A stretch of 64,000 nucleotides of DNA, taken from NCBI GenBank assembly GCA_002269645.1, contig NIVC01000850.1:124001-188000 (forward strand), given 5' to 3'. Source of the stretch: Macrostomum lignano (taxonomy: Eukaryota). The position numbers and the translations under genes were made by a program. A model generated the notes under the pieces. It saw only the letters and a list, made by a program, of their open reading frames with translations. It did no database searches and had not been told where the DNA came from. Positions 60,278 through 64,000 of the stretch are shown piece after piece. Numbering within the stretch: the stretch's first letter is position 1; each line of letters begins with the position of its first letter.

Positions 60278-60923
60278 CCATAGTCAGGAAGGTGTCCGTA
60301 CGCCGGAATTTTCCGGCGTACATCAGCCCCCCCCCAAAATGGCGTACAGTTTCGCGTACACGCGGTCCGAAAAATGGCGTACAGAGTTCTTGGCGTACAC
60401 AACACAGTTTTCGCATGCAAAAATCTGTCCAAAAATCGGCCTACAATATTTGCATGTGATTGGCGTAAGAACAAACGTTTAAAAAACCTGCAAACAACCC
60501 AATTACTTCGACAAAGTATTGTATATCGTTCAATTTTAGTGAAATGGTAAATCTATTTTCATCTTTAAAACGCTGAAATTATGTAAATTTTGAATCTAAT
60601 TTATTGTTAACAAAACTTTACTAAAGTTTTGTGTAAGTCAGTTATTTATTTTAACTTATTAACTAATTCTGTACAATAATTACTTTAGTATTTTAGATTT
60701 CTTCACGTTACAACAGATGACATACAGGTAAGTTAAGATTTAAGTTGCAAATTTCGCGCATTTGCAGTTTTTTTGGGTCCTCAATTTTGGCGTACGCTTT
60801 TTTGGGCTATTCAATTTTGGCGTACGTCAAAAAGCGCTTTTTTAGGGCTTTTCAATTTTGGCGTACACAACATTTTTTCTTAATTTTCATTCCGGCGTAC
60901 ACTGGACACCTTCCTGACTATGG
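60278..60923. mobile_element. 646-bp MITE with 8-bp TSD (hAT- or P-like) in the plastin intron
   Basis: TIR CCATAGTCAGGAAGGTGTCC...GGACACCTTCCTGACTATGG; TSD AATGTATT at 60270-77 and 60924-31; ~10 subterminal GGCGTAC motifs. Confidence 0.85.
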
Positions 60924-60987
60924 AATGTATTATATTAGCTTTTCCATTTAATTGAGTTTGTTTCGTCCATTTTTTATTTATCCTGTG

Positions 60988-61320
60988 CAGGGGCGTCGCC
61001 ACCAGGGAGACAGGGGGGACATGTGTCCCCAAGTAAAATCTATGGGAGGACATGCCAATGCTTTGTCCCCCCAAACCATCTTTGTTGACCTGTTATAGAA
61101 ATCAATACATTTTCTTCAGTCCATCAAAACATAAATTGGTACGTGTGGCGCTAAAATGAATGCCTGCGACACTAAAATGGTCCCTGCATCGCTAAAATGA
61201 ATGCTGGCGGCGCTAAAATGAGTCCCTGTGGCGCCAAAATGAGTGCCTGCGGCGCCAAAATGATCCCTGCGACGTCAAAATGAGTGCCTGCGGCGCTAAA
61301 ATAATCGCTGGCAACACCAA
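60988..61320 (+). mobile_element. Probable truncated hAT-like end (CAGGGGCGTCGCCA) followed by ~21-bp GGCGCTAAAATG repeats
   Basis: Terminus typical of hAT MITEs; no matching opposite TIR found. Confidence 0.35.
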
Positions 61321-62419
61321 TTCTGAAAAAAAATGTGCATGTACTCGTAAAATTCCTGGCTTTGTCCCACGCACCATGAAATCCATGGCGATGTGTCCAA
61401 TCCTGTGTTTTTCAAATGTGCTTTCCAAGAAACGGTCATACATTCGTGCGATGTCCAGTTTATTTTGATCGAATGCCTTTTTTTCTATCAAATATCAAAT
61501 GGGCTTTAGTATAAAATCACTGCGAAAAAAATTCTAAAATGTTAAACTGCTCAAAATAGCACCAAGTGACCTTTAAGCTCAATTTCGTTCAATTCACGAG
61601 ACTTTAGCTATATAAAAGGCTTGTCGTCGAACAATTGTTTGATTTATTGGTTATTCCAGTGTTGATAACAGTGCCTAGGCTGCTAAAGAAAGACAAAGCT
61701 CAAAATTCCCTATAGGTGTAACAGTAAGGAATAATCTAAGTCATTAATAAGTGTAAAGATAAAGAAGATAGAGAGGATTTTTCCCTTCTCTATACTTTCT
61801 TTACCTCGCCGTCTAAGCTTACAAGTTTTCTTCCAAATGTGGCAATCAATTCTAGACGGCTGAGCAGTGTGCGGATTGATCAATACATATATATACAGTG
61901 ACCTGCGCGCGTCATATTCAACTCTTTAAGTTTAACCCAGCCCGAGCATTGCTGCCAGTTAGCTTATAGTTACTCTCTTCACTGAGTGAAAGCTTGGCTG
62001 GCTGAAGCAGTGTTAATATATTATATAGGCTTATATGCTGTGTACTAAGGGAGATCGAGGGTCTTCTCATGGGATATCTGGCCAGTGTTCTCTCGCTGTT
62101 TGGGCGGCTCTATCTGTGAATTGGCTGACTGTATAGGCTAAGCCTATTGAAGCATTGTCTTTCTTTGCAAGCGATCTATATACTGTATACTTAACGAACG
62201 GGGTTTATTGATCCAACCAATCGCTATTGGATTATATAAGGTTGCAGTTCGGTGCTGCATATCTTGAAAGTTTAATGCAATATTTTATTACCCATAATTT
62301 GTACTTTTCTTCATAGCCTCGGCTATGCACTTTGCTGTGATGCTCTGTTATGGTCATCAATAACATTAGGCATTATATTGTCAGAAAGAGATCGATAAGA
62401 ATTAGAGTCCGGGCTGAGT

Positions 62420-62930
62420 GGGTAAGAGAGTCAGAAAGTGTGAAGGAGAGTCTGACAGGGAAAAGGAAATTCAGACAGAAAGAGAGTCAGTCAGTCGAAA
62501 AGAGTCAGACAGTCGAAAATAGAGTCAGACAGTCGAAAATAGAGTCAGACAGTGAGAAAGCGAGTCAGACAGTGAGAAAGAGAGAGTCAGACAGTGAGAG
62601 AGTCAGACAGTGAGAAGAGAGATTCAGACAATGAGAAAGAGAGATTCAGACAATAAGAAAGAGAGATTCCGACAGTGAAAGTCAGACAGTGAGAAAGAGA
62701 GTCAGACAGTGAGAAAGAGAGAGAGAGAGAGTCAGACAATGAGAAAAAGAGAGTCAGGCAATAAGAAAGAGAGATTCAGACAATGAGAAAGAGAGATTCA
62801 GACAATGAGAAAGAGAGATTCAGACAGTGAGAAAGAGAGAGTCAGACAGTGAAAAAGTGAGAGTCAGACAGTGAAAAAGTGAGAGTCAGACAGTGAGAAA
62901 GTGAGAAAGTGAGAGTCAGACAGTGAGAAA
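62420..62930. repeat. ~20-bp GA-rich minisatellite (GAGTCAGACAGTGAGAAAGA)n
   Basis: Direct inspection. Confidence 0.88.
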
Positions 62931-63080
62931 GAGATAATCATACTCGTGAAGAGAGGGGTACAGAGAATCAGATCAGGCAGTGGGACAGGGAGGGAAGTTA
63001 TGATGACACACAGCCTCCAATAAGCTTCATCAGCTACAGGGATAATAGGCAGCCGACATGAATCCCCTCCTGCCTCGCAG

Positions 63081-63496
63081 CTGGACAGCAACGGCAACGG
63101 TGTGATCGAGTTCGAAGAGCTCCAAACAGCTCTGGAGATCTGCGGCTTCAAGATGGCGCGCTATCAGGTGCGCGATCTCGCTGAGAAATACGACGTCAAA
63201 CAGCGCGACGGCATAATCGATTTTGAAGAATTCCGCGCCCTGTACCGCGAACTGCGCCAGTCAGACTTTGGTTCGAATCTGCACCGGATGGTGAAATCTC
63301 GAAGCGATTTGATGACGCACGGCTCCAAGACTGGGTCGAACGATGTGAAACATTCGGTTCGGCTGGAGGAGCAGGTGGCCTTCGCCGATTGGCTCAACAA
63401 GAACCTGGCGGCAGACGAAGACTGTCAGAGGTATCTGCCGTTTGAAGAGGACGGCTCGGATTTGTATAAAAAATGCGACGATGGCATCATACTGTG
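63081..63496 (+). CDS. PLS: Plastin/fimbrin exon 2 (EF-hands and start of CH1)
   Basis: ctcgcag|LDSNGNGVIEFEEL...GFKMARYQVRDL...DGIIDFEEF...HSVRLEEQVAFADWLNKNL..DEDC..YLP...DLYKKCDDGIIL-TG|gtgagc; hallmark plastin sequence; the gene continues beyond the window. Confidence 0.92.
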
Positions 63497-63937
63497 GTGA
63501 GCTGGAAGCCTGGGGCTTATAATAGTAATAATATTATTTAATCACATGATCTGCATCAAACATGCGCAACTGCTGGCCGACCTGGCCGATCCGGCCACCG
63601 TAAATTGTGGTGGACCAGGAGTTAGTCGCAAAAATGCCCACCCAAAAAAATCCGGCGTAGTACTAATTAGATGACGAGGCGTTTAGCCTCAGTAAGACAG
63701 TGATAGTGACTCTTGCCGTTAAGCCCGAAATTTCGTTGAGCTTATAAGTTTCACAGGTAAGTCGTATTTTGGTGTAAATCAGGGGAGGGGTTGCACATGC
63801 ATGATATGCATCTTCCCCCAACCAATCAGCGTTGAGCCAATTCTGCCCATTCCGCTGACTCCTGAGCACACTGAGCACCTGAGGCACTGATACACACGTC
63901 ACGCATGTACAGTCTCTGTGCCTTGGGGGTTGGCAAT

Positions 63938-64000
63938 CAGGGGTTGGCAAACTTTTTCATCTCAATGGCGAGATAGAGAATCTAGCTTAGGGCTGCGGGC
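63938..64000 (+). mobile_element. hAT(Charlie)-like MITE left end, cut by the window edge
   Basis: CAGGGGTTGGCAAACTTTTTC...GAGATAGAGA...CTGCGGGC parallels the 48113-48050 minus-strand end. Confidence 0.55.

Overview
This is a eukaryotic window, not a prokaryotic one. GC-rich spliced exons separated by introns packed with minisatellites suggest the flatworm Macrostomum lignano (inference from style, not verified). Minus-strand host genes are PRMT3 (6 exons, 47522-31944, 547 aa), archease, a two-exon rhodopsin-class GPCR, SF3A1 (2 exons, 819 aa) and a multi-exon gene I cannot name (about 13.2 kb to <1). Plus-strand genes are a secreted PAN + C-type-lectin gene nested in PRMT3 intron 3 and the 5' part of a plastin/fimbrin gene. 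Mobile elements are: a Penelope-like element lacking its RT core; a full-length, intact LOA-like LINE (APE-RT-RNase H) with an 11-bp TSD in PRMT3 intron 1; a decayed Gypsy LTR element; a very young 1.5-kb LTR element encoding only an integrase; Tc1-like and hAT-like MITEs; and two tRNA-derived SINE families. The strongest unannotated signals are RNA structures. An HDV-like ribozyme fold starts exactly at the TSD-defined first base of the LINE (40703-40989), and a minimal type I hammerhead sits in the Penelope pLTR (2481-2520). All calls were made by eye; no searches or folding programs were run, and repeat boundaries and copy numbers are approximate.
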